NCBI GenBank assembly: GCA_051294905.1 | Contig: CM119373.1 | Location: 3,102,001 to 3,166,000 of the forward strand | DNA length: 64,000 nucleotides | Source of the DNA: Botryllus schlosseri | Taxonomy: Eukaryota | Direction of reading: 5' to 3' | In this document: in pieces, positions 51,324 to 64,000 of the stretch | Position numbering within the stretch: the stretch's first letter is position 1 | Layout of the letters: the number at the start of each line of letters is the position of its first letter | The notes under the pieces: model-generated | The model's input: the letters and a program-made list of their open reading frames with translations, nothing else | Told to the model about the DNA's origin: nothing | Database searches by the model: none | Translations under genes and position numbers: made by a program

Positions 51324-52468
51324 CAGGGGTCACCAACACGCGGCCCACGGGCCGCATGCGGCCCGCCAGGTCATATTTTGCGGCCCGCGACCTGATTTGG
51401 AATTTCGGAAGAACGCTTAGTAAAGTGTTTTGAAATGCTGAAATTGATTTCAGTTTAAACATATTGTTGCTGTTGTTTAAAGTAAGCTATTCTCTCTTGC
51501 CCAATATCACTGTTCCTCACTGGCTGATAAGATTTTGTTGATATGACCATTCATATTGCCTTGATGTGCAATGGACCACCACTGCTGACACCGAGTCGCT
51601 TGGAAAACGACTTCGGGCTCTCCAAAAGATCGAGCTTTATGAGGAGATAGTTTTCCAGAAAGAACCGTGTCCAGGCCATCTGCAGTCAATCTGCGACAGT
51701 AGAAGGAAAATTATGCGGCCGTCGACACTTAATTCGATTAGGATGTGTTGGTAGATTTGAATTATTCTTGAAATTTTCTCCGCGCTGCGCGCAGTTCAAT
51801 GCGAGTTGGTTTTCGATTTTAATATAGTATAGTGTCTTTGTTATATGAGCCTCACAGTACAGACGCGAACAGCAGAGGAAATCAATGCGATAAATGAAGA
51901 AATACCAATTAGTACTCGTGTTCTCCTCATCACGAAGGAAATTTGTTTCTGGTAGGCCTACGTTGGGGCACATCCAATATATTTTCACTATACGGACAAT
52001 CCTGATGGGAGGTCAAGAAATAGCAGCATGTAACAAAAGGAATAAGAACAATTGGCCCACCCAAAGATTCAGCACAGTATTGATAACTAGCTAAATTTTT
52101 GAAGACACCACCTGCATCACCTCTGTCGATGAATCTGATAACATGGGCTAAAAAAGGATAAATATTTGATAACGATAGATGAAACTATACTGATATTTTT
52201 GACGAGATTTCTCGTGGTTATGAAAAATTTTCGCGCTTCGCGCGTCGAGAAAACGAATCCCCCTGCTATTCATAACATACTAACTCACGATTTGGGTGCG
52301 CATAGTAAGCCGATATGAGTAAATACATTAGTCTGGAGTTCATCGGCAATGGACAATGGCCATTAAACTACATTGCTTATTATGATCTCGATATTGAAGT
52401 CATGCGGCCCGCGGCCTCTAGGAATTTTGAAAAGTGGCCCGCGACCGATTTTGAGTTGGCGACCCCTG
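51324..52468. mobile_element. hAT (Charlie-like) element
   Basis: caggggtcaccaac / gttggcgacccctg; perfect TSD atttaggt; gcggccc subterminal motifs. Confidence 0.9.
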
Positions 52469-52725
52469 ATTTAGGTGGAGGGTTGGCGTGGTTCCGTTCA
52501 CACCACATTGTCGCCCTTCACCCATATGAAATAATTCATCACAGTATATATGTGGCTCATCATAACGTTTGAAACTGATGTTTCGCAATCTAGCATTGTC
52601 TTGTCATATCGTAATCTAGCATATATGTCCATGGCGTGTCCTAATCTGGACGAGTGTACTTCGACTTTTTTTTAGTTTTAGAGCTGTTTTAGCATACCAC
52701 CTTTGAAACTTTCTGGACTAAAAAC

Positions 52726-54133
52726 CAGTGTTGGGATGACTCGAGTCATGACTTGACTCGAGTCAGACTCGAGTCAACTTTTTCGTGGGACTTGACTTGA
52801 CTCGAGTCACTTTGCAAAAATGACTTGACTTGACTCGGTGCTTCAAAAATGTGGAATGACTCGTGACTCGGAGCAAAATTTTCGAGTCAATTTCAAGTCA
52901 TCAAGTAAACGGTGTCGATTAAATGACTATATCTTGTGCATGTTCGGATTATTCACGATACGCCAGCGTCATTTGTGAGAGCAACCAGTCATTCATTAAT
53001 TGTAAGTTTTACTGATCCTCCATTGTTACATCACAAATAAACTGACCGCAAACGAAATGATCACAGCTTGCGTTGTCGTTACAATAGTATCTCAGTAGAT
53101 TAAATCTAGTAGCAAGAGCAACGTATCGCTGTTCATTGGACGGCCCTGTCCTTACATTGCACAGCGCTCACCTTTACCAACCCTCTTGTATAATTTTAAT
53201 CGAACGAATATAGTTTATGCGTTTATACTCTCACGGATGTGTAGATAGTTAGTGGATTGAACGACATCATTTTTTTCAACTTCTCGAGGCTTCGTATTCG
53301 ACCCTCTATTTTGGCTGATAATAACAGAATGCAGCTTGTAGCTCGGAGTCGTCAAACTCAACTGACGTGGCGGGCCGGATTCGAATAGTCAGATCACTCG
53401 CGGGCCGCCGCACCAGTCAAATGATTCCAAAATATTACCAGCTCTTAACACAATATACGCACTTTTTCGCATTCTCAGTATCGGGTGTCAGTGTCAGCGA
53501 TTTGCTTCTGACGATGACTTGAAACCACACCTCCGCTGTCGGGTGGTTGTAATGTGGCCTATGAATATGAATATACTCGACATTTGCTATCTTGGAGGAA
53601 TATGTATTAGAAGTATTTCTTACTACAAATTCGACAAATGTGCTTGATAAAATACACGCATTTTTCAATCAATACTTAGACTTGCTTCGCGGGCCGGGTG
53701 AAATCATTTGGCCGGCCTTATGTTTGACACCCCTGATGTAGCTATACTGTTACTGACGTATTTTATTAGCAGTTATACGTGTGCGTGAGCGATACAACGC
53801 ATTTTTACATGTATATTTAACTTATATATTCGTTATTTGATAGATGATAAATGGCCAATAAATCTACCTTTATCACAGCTAGCAAAATGTAGTGACTGTA
53901 AATGATCAGTTGATCACTCATACTTCGAAAATTCAATTTGACTTGAATTGTGACTTGACTCGTGACTTGACTTGACTTGACTCGACTTGACTCGAGTCAC
54001 CTCCAAAAAACTAGTGACTTGACTTGACTCGAGTCACCTTCGAAAATCGATTGACTTGACTTGACTCGAGTCAAAATGTGCAATGACTCGAGATGACTCG
54101 TGACTCGAAGGTAGTGACTTGATCCCAACACTG
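52726..54133. mobile_element. (gactt)n-type hAT MITE
   Basis: cagtgttgggat / atcccaacactg; TSD ctaaaaac / caaaaac (1-bp deletion). Confidence 0.85.
53344..53735. mobile_element. hAT (Charlie-like) MITE
   Basis: cggagtcgtcaaac / gtttgacacccctg; TSD ttgtagct / atgtagct; absent from the sister copy at 21791-22674. Confidence 0.75.
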
Positions 54134-56700
54134 CAAAAACATGAAATACATATTCTGCTTTAAGAAGTAGTATTTATATTTCACTTTCAATTTCCAGTAT
54201 CATATACTTTGAGATATAATCAATATCAGTTCTTTTGTCCGAATAACATACATGTTGAAGTATAAAAGCAACTGCTGTAATGCCTTTAATTTCTCGAAAT
54301 AAAGCTACACAATATGGCATTTTTACGATCCACCATATTTTTCATTACCGTTTACTAATAGCGCAAAGAGTTTACACCGTATCCTATACAACTTCTCCAT
54401 AATGCTCTTCGACTAAACTACGGGCCTTATAATATGGGGGATGTCGCCATACCGCCATACCATGCTATTTTCCAAAACGTGTTGTTCGAGAAAACAGAGG
54501 ATTAGTATCGCATTTCCTTATCGATACTATTATGTTCATCCCATGATGTGGACGAATGCTTATGCTATCGAAAATTGGATACCTGCTGGAATGCATCAAT
54601 ATGAATCAAGCTCGTCACCTATCACATAGCTCAATTTGCAGCTTTTTATTATCCATCCAATCAGGATCGTTTTCACAACTACTTACTTACTTGAGTACTT
54701 TTAAAGTCAGTCAATTCTACTTCTACTTCAAGTAGTTTTAGATTGCTCATGAAATAAGTACTTCTACTTGTACTTGAGTAGATTTTTTCGTCGCTACTTC
54801 TACTTCTACTTGAGTAGCTTTCTTGACTACTTTGACCACCTCTGCCCACCATAACGTTTGAAACTACCATATCGCAATCTAGCAATTACCAATCATATCG
54901 TAATCTAGCAGCCCATTAAGTGTCTTGCTAATCTGGAAAACCCAGCTATTTCTAACGTTACACCTGTTGTAGCAGATCACCTTGGAAGCTTTATGGACAA
55001 AAGACATGAAATATAGTTTCCGCTTTTTAGAAGTGGTATTTCACTTTCAATTGCGAGTATCATACTTTGAGTTCTAATTAGTTGTAGTTCTTTTGTCTGC
55101 AGAACATACATGTCGAAGCATAAAAGCAAGTGTAGTAATGCCTCATTTTCCGAAAATAAAGCTACACTAAATATAACTTTTACGGTCCACAATATTTGTT
55201 ATTAACGTATACTAATCGCGCAAAGTGATGAAACCGTATTCGATAAAACTTCTCCGTATTGCTCTTCGCCTAAACTTGGGGCCTTATAATATGGGGTAGG
55301 GTGCAATGCCATGATATTCTTCCAGTAAACAAAGGGTTAGTATCGCATTTCCATATCGATACTATAATTTGCATCCCGTGATGCGAAAAAATGCTCATTC
55401 TGTCGAAAATTCGTGCCTCCTGGGATGCATCAATACGAATCAAGCTCTCTCCACCTTCCGCATAGCTCAATTCGCAGCTTTCGACAGTCCATGCGAACGA
55501 ATTAGGACTGTTTTCAAAACTACTTACTTCCTTGAGTAGATTTAAAGTCAGTCAAATCTACTTCTACTTCAAGTAGTTTTAGACGGCTTATTGAAGAAGT
55601 ACTTCTACTCGTACTTGAGTAGATTTTTTTCGTGGCTACTTCTACTTCTACTTGAGTAGCTTTCTTGACTACTTTGACCACCTCTGTATATAACTAACAT
55701 CACGTTACACGCAGACGAACTAGCAACGGCCTTATGATTTAATCCATCCGCTAATCAGCCTGCTATCTAATTTGTATTAGTCACCCAACCAATCTAATTT
55801 CGTGTGAGGTCGAGTTCGAACTGGCCTGGTGCACAAGACCATACAACAGCGACCGTTAAATCAGTGAATTCTGAATTTTGCTTCGATTGCTATTTTACAT
55901 TACCCTCTTCATTTGACCTTTTTAACAGGACTTTATTGTCATTTCTCTGGTAAGAGATACTTCGAAAACGACTCACTTGGGAATCAGGCCTATATATTTC
56001 TGTATCTAGCTGCTGATCATTTTATGTCCTCTTCGTGGTCGCAGATTTCAGTGGCACACTTGAAATATCATAAATCGCTCACATCAAAATTACATGAGTA
56101 GATAATTTGCTTCAAGTTTCGTCATTTTCACTCGTTGATGAGAGTATAAAAATGAGAACGAAATAATTATGCAATATGTGATAGTGCGTTCGGGGATCTT
56201 AACCACCGACCAACGCCAAGCGATTAGAATTGAATGCGAAAATTATAGGAAAGGATCCTACTTTTGAAGTGCCTGTGAGATTTGTTATGTGTAGAGCAGA
56301 GAATAGTCTGACAGTATTTTAACATAGGGTGTTCGGAATTTACAGGCTGAAACGGGGACGATCAGAACGTTGAACCGAAATCGAAGACAGTTGCTGGATC
56401 ACCCGAGGTAGGTCAGTATGGAGGGATACTGAATTTGTGGTGAGATTGAACCGAAAAATATCTTCCACGAAAATCAAAACTTCGGGAATTGATTGTATCC
56501 AAACTATAAAATGAATTAACGGCTCAACGTATGGAATTATCCTACTATTTTCATAAATCCTGACATACCGTCATTGTCACATCGACTTCTTTTTCGGGTA
56601 GACAATGGTGTTCCCCTGAAAACGAATGAGTAATCCTTAAATGGGTCCCTGAAAGAAATTACTGCTATTATTCAATTCGGCTTATATTTACGCTACTGCT

Positions 56701-57235
56701 CAGGGGTGGTCAACCTTTTTTTGCTATTCACGGCGGCATTGCGATTACTATTGTAGCCTACCGTCGCATTCCGGGACATAGTCGCAATGGACATCAAATA
56801 TCCATATTAAACTGCCCATGTCCATTTCGGGTGAACTCCGGACCAATCTACTTTTTCATATCGTCTTACTATACACATAGAAATATCGGTAATGGTCGTG
56901 TCATGAATAGGTACTGAAACTTGTTATGATCGCGCGAACCGCGAAAAATTTTTCAGATTCACGAATACATTTCGTCATTTAATCTGAGTAGTTTCACATA
57001 TCACTATCAAATATTTATCCTTTCTCAGCCCATGTGATCAGATTCACCGGTAGATCTGATGGAGGGAGTGTTTTCGAAAATTTAGGGCAAGTTATAAATG
57101 ATGATGCATATTCGGGTCGACCAGTCCAATTGTTATTATTCACTTATTCATGTTTCACAATTTACAAGTCAACAGGCCGCACAATTTCCTCCTATGGCCG
57201 CATGCAGCCGTACGGCCACGGGTTGCTCACCCCTG
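56701..57235. mobile_element. hAT-like MITE (related to ~7475-7669)
   Basis: caggggtggtcaacc / ggttgctcacccctg; no clear TSD. Confidence 0.6.
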
Positions 57236-57616
57236 AGCTAGATGATGGAGACATAACGCTATTGGTTTAAGATAAATGTCCCATTATTGGAGTGTTTCCA
57301 GTTTTAGACAAATACGTGCCTGTAAACTCAACTGACTATGATAAGTATTTTTTGAAAATCTTCGTTACTTATGCTGAATGAGTAGGTTGGACTGGATTGT
57401 TTGCAGATTTAAATTGTCAGAATCGATTGATAAGCATAGTCGCTGTTACATGAACACGGCATTGTGTCTCTATGGTTGTTAGATTAACACGGCGCACATG
57501 GTCTTTCGACATCTGCTCTGTCTGTTCCTTTCGTCACATTGTGTCTTGTGTATCGAATTGTTCGAGTGAACGGAAATAACAGCATCCCTGGATGCATATT
57601 CTTTCCGAAGTTGGCT

Positions 57617-58968
57617 CTTGTTTGTTTATGATGTTCATGGTGTTGGCCGACTACACGATGGTCATTTACACCAGGCCAATTTACATCATTTTTATTCCGT
57701 AGCTGCCGATTTGTAGCACGGTCCACTTCTAGGCTTTTTAATATATTGCTTGCACGGATGATATGGCGGAGAGGAGCCTAGATCAGTGGTTCCCAACGTG
57801 GGCGATATCGCCCCCTAGGGGGCGATTTGGCGGTCTAGGGGGGCGATGGCATGTTAAAACGACTATATTGGAGTCGGGACCGTAACTACCTCACCCCAAA
57901 CACCCCAATTGGGGGTGGGGGGCCTGAAATCGAAGGAAGTCCAAATGATAGCGTATTTTTTAGAAATGGATGCGACTTTTTCAAAAATTTCTCGCCTGTG
58001 CGCGATTTAATATTTCCATGTATCTTGATGTTGGGGTCCCCGTCACCCAACAAAAATACGCATGATTTAAGGAAATGGAAGAATTCGGCGTCGGCCATTA
58101 CTGCGCCACGACGCACCAAGACTTATGAAGTTTGATACCATGTAACACGCGGCTCCGAGAAGTGTGTCGGAACGATCAGCAGCGAGAAGACCTTGTCCGA
58201 AAAGGAATGCCCTTGTGCTGACAGAAAACTTCGATATAGATACATATATGTCTAATTGTCCATTGGCGCCTCAATGGCTGGCGTCGAATGTTCCTGTCCT
58301 GGTGACCTTAACCCTACAGGACAAATGCCATCCCGCAAGGAAAGAAATATTTGCCAGTAGAGAAATACCAATATGAAATCATGTGCATCTTTTAGTTTGG
58401 TACGTTTTGACGATTTCCATATCTTCTGACATAGCAGATATAGGATATAGGTCACGAAATAGCATCATGTTAAGAAGTCAATATAACAACGATTCCGCCC
58501 AAAGATGTTTAATTATTATTCAGGAGTCCTACCTTTACCAACATACCACATCGACGATATTGACTGATTCAAACATGAATTATATAAATTTGTCACGCTT
58601 CGCGCGTTTAGGCGGAGTACGGTGACTCACCAAACAGTATAGGAAATAGGGTATAGCTAATATGTAGCGACAAAAAGCCCACTGGCTGAGGGGGTCTGGG
58701 GTTTGGTTTATCACCCCATGGGGCCAAAGACCAACGTTTTTTGGGGGGAAGGGCTGACGAAGTGCTGTTTTTCGGTTCCCAATATTTGGGGGGCGATGAT
58801 CGGTGTGGAGCTTCAAAAGGGGGCGATGAGTCGAAAAAGGTCGGGAACCACTGGCCTAGATAAACCTCCAACACCTAGGTAGTAATTCTGGAGTCGACCT
58901 CGGTCGGACTTGAACCCGAAACCAATTGGTGTTGTAGCCGTGAATTATACCAGTAAGCTACCTCGACA
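57617..58968 (-). mobile_element. SINE (family of 10992-11276) split by a hAT MITE
   Basis: 57617-57783 and 58862-58968 rejoin into the reverse complement of 10992-11276. Confidence 0.8.
57784..58853. mobile_element. hAT MITE
   Basis: cagtggttccc / gggaaccactg; perfect TSD gcctagat; ggggcgat subterminal repeats. Confidence 0.92.
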
Positions 58969-59505
58969 TTATTCGACTCTTGATACTACACTACTGACTT
59001 AATGATCTTGTAGAAATACTCCACCTCTAATTCCAAGCGAGTTCATCCCGAAAAGCAAGAGAATGGACGATATCCAGTGGGCGAACATCGCGGATATCAT
59101 TAATTTCCTGTCTAAAGATAAACAATGAATTGATGAATATAATATAGGTTCATTCTGAAAATATCATAAGCATAGAATAAACGTAGTGGAGATTCCTTGT
59201 TTTAGTAATTAAGTCTGGGCAAAATCGAGTGACTCCGTGATTTGATTCTTAATCGAGTAGTATGCTTCGATTCGAGTATTTTAGTATCTCTTATTATGAC
59301 TTCATAGCAGTGTGGAAGATGTGGAGGCTCACACGAACACCTTTTACGCGACCACAAAGAATACAATGCCATTTCTAGATCACATTAAAGAATATTTGGT
59401 ATTTTTCAACCATGACTATTTCATTTCACTTTGCGAAAATGATGCACGTTAATCACGAATTTCTAGATATGTAATTACCACTAACGTACGTAGTGTGTAT
59501 TACAT

Positions 59506-60310
59506 CAGTGGTTCCCAACCTGTTCGTCTTCGCGGACCCCTTTGGGACTGTCGCGTATACCCCTGCGGACCCTCCAAAGTTTAAATTCGAATCTATCTCA
59601 ATTTTCGTGCAAACGTTATCTGTCTGGTGCAAATATTAACTGTAGGCTTAGTGATAACATCATATTATATGCAAAAATTTCGTGCACTTTTATTATTTCA
59701 CAGCGAATTCTGTAGCTCCATTTCCTGAAATACGTGATCGTGTCTTGAAGATCTTTGTCTTCAATTTGACATGAACGAGTGCTGCAAATCCATTTCCACA
59801 AAGATACGTGGTGGCGAAGTCAATAGCCGACGACACGTTTGGCTATGATCGCAACATATATCGCACCATATTTTTAATAAACATATAACGTCCAGCCTAT
59901 ATAGTCATTTCTATCTAGTAGCAGCCCATCTTGAAGTTATTCTGGAATGGTGGTTACGTATATCACAGGAAAAAGTGGATTTTCGCAAACATTTCGAAGT
60001 CATTCCACTTGACCTTACTACTTTTCCCCCCGTAAACCCCAACAGAACATTTATAAACAGCAATATAATATGTTTGTATCTGTAGGCTATTGGCAATTTG
60101 GCAATTGCGATCAATTTGCACGGTCGGATATTTCACCCCAGATGGCCATTCTATTGATGTGAGTCTTGAGGTTTCAGCAGTTATGAAGATAAACTGACTC
60201 GAGACTTCTCTAATTTAAATGAATGAAAATTAGGTTATCAAGCATTTTGCAAATTCAGAGGTTTAGCGACCCCCTGGAAATTCTTCGCGGGACCGGGTTG
60301 AGAACCCCTG
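59506..60310. mobile_element. hAT (Charlie-like) MITE
   Basis: cagtggttcccaacc / ggttgagaacccctg; TSD tattacat / tacgacat (6/8). Confidence 0.75.
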
Positions 60311-61742
60311 TACGACATGATTCGTATGCTTCGGTACGGCCAATCGATGTTTCAAATTTTCCACAGTAAACTGGTATTTCCAGCACCGAATCCTCATTAT
60401 TTCCGCATATATATATTTATACGCATATCCATATATCTGCACATACATTTTGCTAATCAGAGGTAGTGAGTGACGAAGTGCCTCTATACCTTTTGGGTGT
60501 GAATACACACTGTTTTCGCTAGGAATATAATACCGACATTGTGACAACACGGTCACTTCTGCTCTATTGACTCAGTATATTATGGTGACTCTGTGTACGA
60601 GGTAAAAAATTTATAATGTGTTCCGTATGAGTTGCTGAAACCAAATGAACCTAGATATCCTTGACGATAGACTGCACAATCTTAATAATTTTCAGTCACA
60701 TCGAATACTCATAGTTTTGTTTCTCTTTATCTGTGAGAGAAATTGCATAGATCTACCCTTATGCCCTGACACTAATACCAATACGCAACTATATACGCAA
60801 GCAGAATTTAGCATTGAACTGGGATAGTGCAAAATTTCTTATCTGCGTTATGGTACAAGCATAGTGGGATCTCTTTATAATTCTAAACACGATCAATCCA
60901 TGTTCTTTACCTTATTCCAAGATCTGCGTTAAATCTCAAACGAAACCGTGAATCAAATGCAAGTATTTTCAGCGTTGCATCTACGACAAGATACCGCTTC
61001 ACATAACAGTAGTTCTAACTGTGTTAAATTTGTTTTACATGTAAGTGGTAGTCTTAACTTCCGCGTTGTAATGACTAACGAGTATCCATGGTTGCACTGG
61101 TGACTTTATGTAAAGATGGTCATTGATAGATACGGATACGGCTTGAAAATGCGCTTACTTTCAATGCATAGGGGTATTGTATTCCACACTATACCACACG
61201 GGCGTTAATTAAGAGGCCTCCGGCGAGCATTCGTCGTTCAAGATTGAACTATCACGCGTTCGCCAGCAAGCTATCTCTGAATGAAATGGTGTGAATGCTG
61301 CTATATATTTAAAACAAATTCGATGTAATACCCAAAGCAAGTCATCGGTCGTCGCTAAGGAAATTAAGATCCCTCCCACATGCAATTCAAATGAACTTTG
61401 AGAGGCCAGTATGAGTTGTCTGATATGATACATGATACATGCGTTTGAATAAATTCAATAAATTCAAATTCAATAAATACAGTCCATCCTCAAGATTACC
61501 GGACCACGACTGACCTATCGATCTCGCTTCCCATGACATGCCGCCCTATTTCTTGTCGCATTCTTCTTCTATACTATCTTCCTTACTTTCATTCATTCAG
61601 TGTGCATGCCTCCTCTTTACATCGCCTAGGCCAAGGTGGGTGTCAGATTCCATAGACTACTCCTTGTCGCTTCGACATCTTCCTGTCTTTTCATTGTATC
61701 GCATTTTTGTGGTGTATTGAACTGATAAAATTGCTAATAAAC

Positions 61743-62752
61743 TAGGGATGGTGTGAACGTGAGGTTCACGTTCGCGTTATGTGTGTGAACTTCGGAAATT
61801 TAGAGGTTCGCGTTCACAACAGAACCTTGGTAGGTTCTGCACTGTGAACCTTTTGGTAAATTGTAATTTTCACTTCATTATAAGATCTTTGGCTCAAATT
61901 TATTGCATTTCAACTGCGGGTCACTCCATATGCATGGTGCTGGCAGCATAATAAATCAACGCTTAACGAGCATGCAACATGCACCTCGACAACCTTAAAA
62001 GTTTTAGTTGCTTTGTAGCAAAAATTTTCTCGAAATAACCAGCTTTCCGTTTGTGAATATTTAGTGACTCTCTGCTCTGAGCTTGACCCGCAATCATACA
62101 ACATCACGAGCGATATACGTAGTCAGCGAATGATGCTTATTCAACCAATCAATGACATTGATATCGTCTTCTGATGTAAAAAATCGAACGGGTGTACGGG
62201 GTCAATCTTGACTTCATATCTTTATACCGTATCATTAAAACCAAATCCGTGCGATTAAGGTGCTTGTTACTGCTGCATAACTTGTTGTTGTTTGTGGTAT
62301 CGGTAGCGAGTATAGAAACCCGTTGTACACTCTGCTCAATATCAATGTAGCAATACTCAGACTCAGAACACATTGTCCGGTCTGGCTAAGACCGTTAAGG
62401 CGTAAGCTTATATTCATTGGTAAGTCCTCGTTGAAATTGTTGGCAAAGCGACGGAATGTATTGATTTTACGCAATTATTATATCCTTTGATTACCGCTGT
62501 TGATACATTTAGCGACGTTGAAAATGCCGATATGTACTTCAGCATTGTGGCATTATGTGGACCGAGTCTTCGCTAGGTATCGTGTACATTAATATATATA
62601 TATAGGCTATCACTTCATTGGAAGATAGGGTTGGAATTAGCAATATGACGTCACGTGACGTCACGAGGTTCACGTTCGTGTTCACACAGAACCTTTCAAA
62701 AAGGTTCGCGTTCACACGAACCCGAACCTTTCAGAGGTTCACACCATCCCTA
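61743..62752. mobile_element. hAT MITE with gttcac subterminal repeats
   Basis: TIR tagggatggtgtgaac / gttcacaccatcccta; perfect TSD taataaac; fragments at 8420-8897 and ~33715-33850. Confidence 0.92.
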
Positions 62753-64000
62753 TAATAAACCAATGATGATGATGATGATGATGTGGGCAAGATGTGTACC
62801 AATGTGTACCAATATGATTACCGGCTGGCAACTATCTAAATTTTTCTCTCCCTTGAACGCGACGAGAGAGTGCAACAGTGAACAATGTGTGCCAGCAATC
62901 TCGAAAAGGGAAGAAGTGACACGTCACGTCGATTGACATGGATCGATGTATTGTTATATAGGTTACTTTTTCGTAAAAATATTTTATCTGCAATAGAAAT
63001 ACGGTGGACATTTTAGTGTAGCGGTCCAGATTCGACCAACTGACAAACAGCTACTCAAAGGTTTATGTCCTAGGATAGGAGAGATGAAAAAGTTAATATT
63101 TGCCCAAGTTCATGTATCAGTTCCATTGCCGCAGTCTCACAAACACCAATCTGCACCCCCGGTTGAGAACCACTGAATTGGACTGATTTGAGAAGTCGTT
63201 CCCAACGTGGGCAATTTTGAGAAACAAGAAGGCGAGAATAACAAAGTGGGTCACGGGACCGGATAACCCGAACATCCGCTTTAATCGGCCAATATGATTA
63301 TGAACGAAACAGAAGTAAAATTATGCGTAAATATATCCCTAGAATTCAGATAGTTTTTCGCTTAATTCGTACACAGACTGGTAATTCCTAACATTAAGTT
63401 ATGACTGGGGCCAGTTTTGACAACTTTTGCAACTTTTGTTTTACAGCTTCCCATATGCTATGTACTATGATGTTTTAAGCTTTTTGGGGGGTTTTATAGT
63501 GCAACTTTTTGCAACTTTTCTCTCTTTTTCACACCAATTTCTACTGCAACTTTGATCAAATATTGCGTAAAAATCTAAAGGGGGTTTAAAAGCATGCTAT
63601 AAGCTATTTCTAGTAGCCCATGGTTCTATTCTCTTTGATTTGCAAAACAAATACCTACATGATGGGTTAGCTGCATCTCACTGTGTAATCTATGACACAA
63701 TCGCTTGAAAACAAGAAGTTCAACTATCCCTGCCAAGCACCACCGTGTCCGAACAATACGAAAATAGATCGCTTTATAAATTCAATCGTTTGAGATAATT
63801 TCCCGTGTGACGAACGCCCATGCGAGAACGCCGAATTTACATATTCAGGCTGTTGATTTTGTTAAAGTCGCCAAGGGTGAGTGTTTCTGCAACGCCTTGG
63901 GTCAAGTTTACAGAGCTAGGGGGTTTAGGGTGTGTATTTTGACTTGTTTTAACGAGTGGGTTATCGCTATGCTTTTGGGCTTTTTTGGGGAAAATTATTC

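Larger units (their letters stand above)
50973..54844 (-). mobile_element. Inner 'AGTAGA' hAT element inserted into its own family
   Basis: cagaggtggtca / tgaccacctctg; perfect TSD cccaccat. Confidence 0.92.
50541..55686 (-). mobile_element. Outer 'AGTAGA' hAT element
   Basis: cagaggtagtca / tgaccacctctg; TSD tatatatc / tatataac (7/8). Confidence 0.88.

Noticed and set aside
61159..61276. Possible sushi exon upstream of the EGF array (IACWRT...CGIVWNTIPLCIE with AG/GT ends)
   Set aside because: Requires a frameshift and passes a stop; resemblance too weak to call.

Overview
AT-rich eukaryotic (invertebrate-like) genomic DNA with no long ORFs. It is dominated by non-autonomous DNA transposons: many hAT-type elements with 8-bp target-site duplications (TSDs), often nested, plus PIF/Harbinger- and TA-target MITEs, tRNA-derived SINEs and a Penelope remnant. 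A minus-strand spliced gene crosses the window. It has eight phase-1/phase-1 EGF-domain exons (seven in a ~238-bp exon+intron tandem array at 48.2-49.8 kb, the eighth at 35.5 kb), two candidate upstream exons, and further downstream C-type-lectin-like and sushi-like exons, some apparently decayed. The most striking feature is a 10.75-kb element (36679-47432) with AGTAGT...ACTACT ends, a near-perfect 6-bp TSD and ~2-kb terminal inverted repeats but no recognisable genes. These are hallmarks of a non-autonomous Polinton/Maverick. It sits inside a hAT MITE that itself sits inside one intron of the EGF array. The first ~3.9 kb of the window is a diverged relative of that element's interior and carries a tRNA-Leu(UAA)-like gene and a ~202-bp satellite. 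All calls are by eye; no database searches were run, and the species cannot be established.
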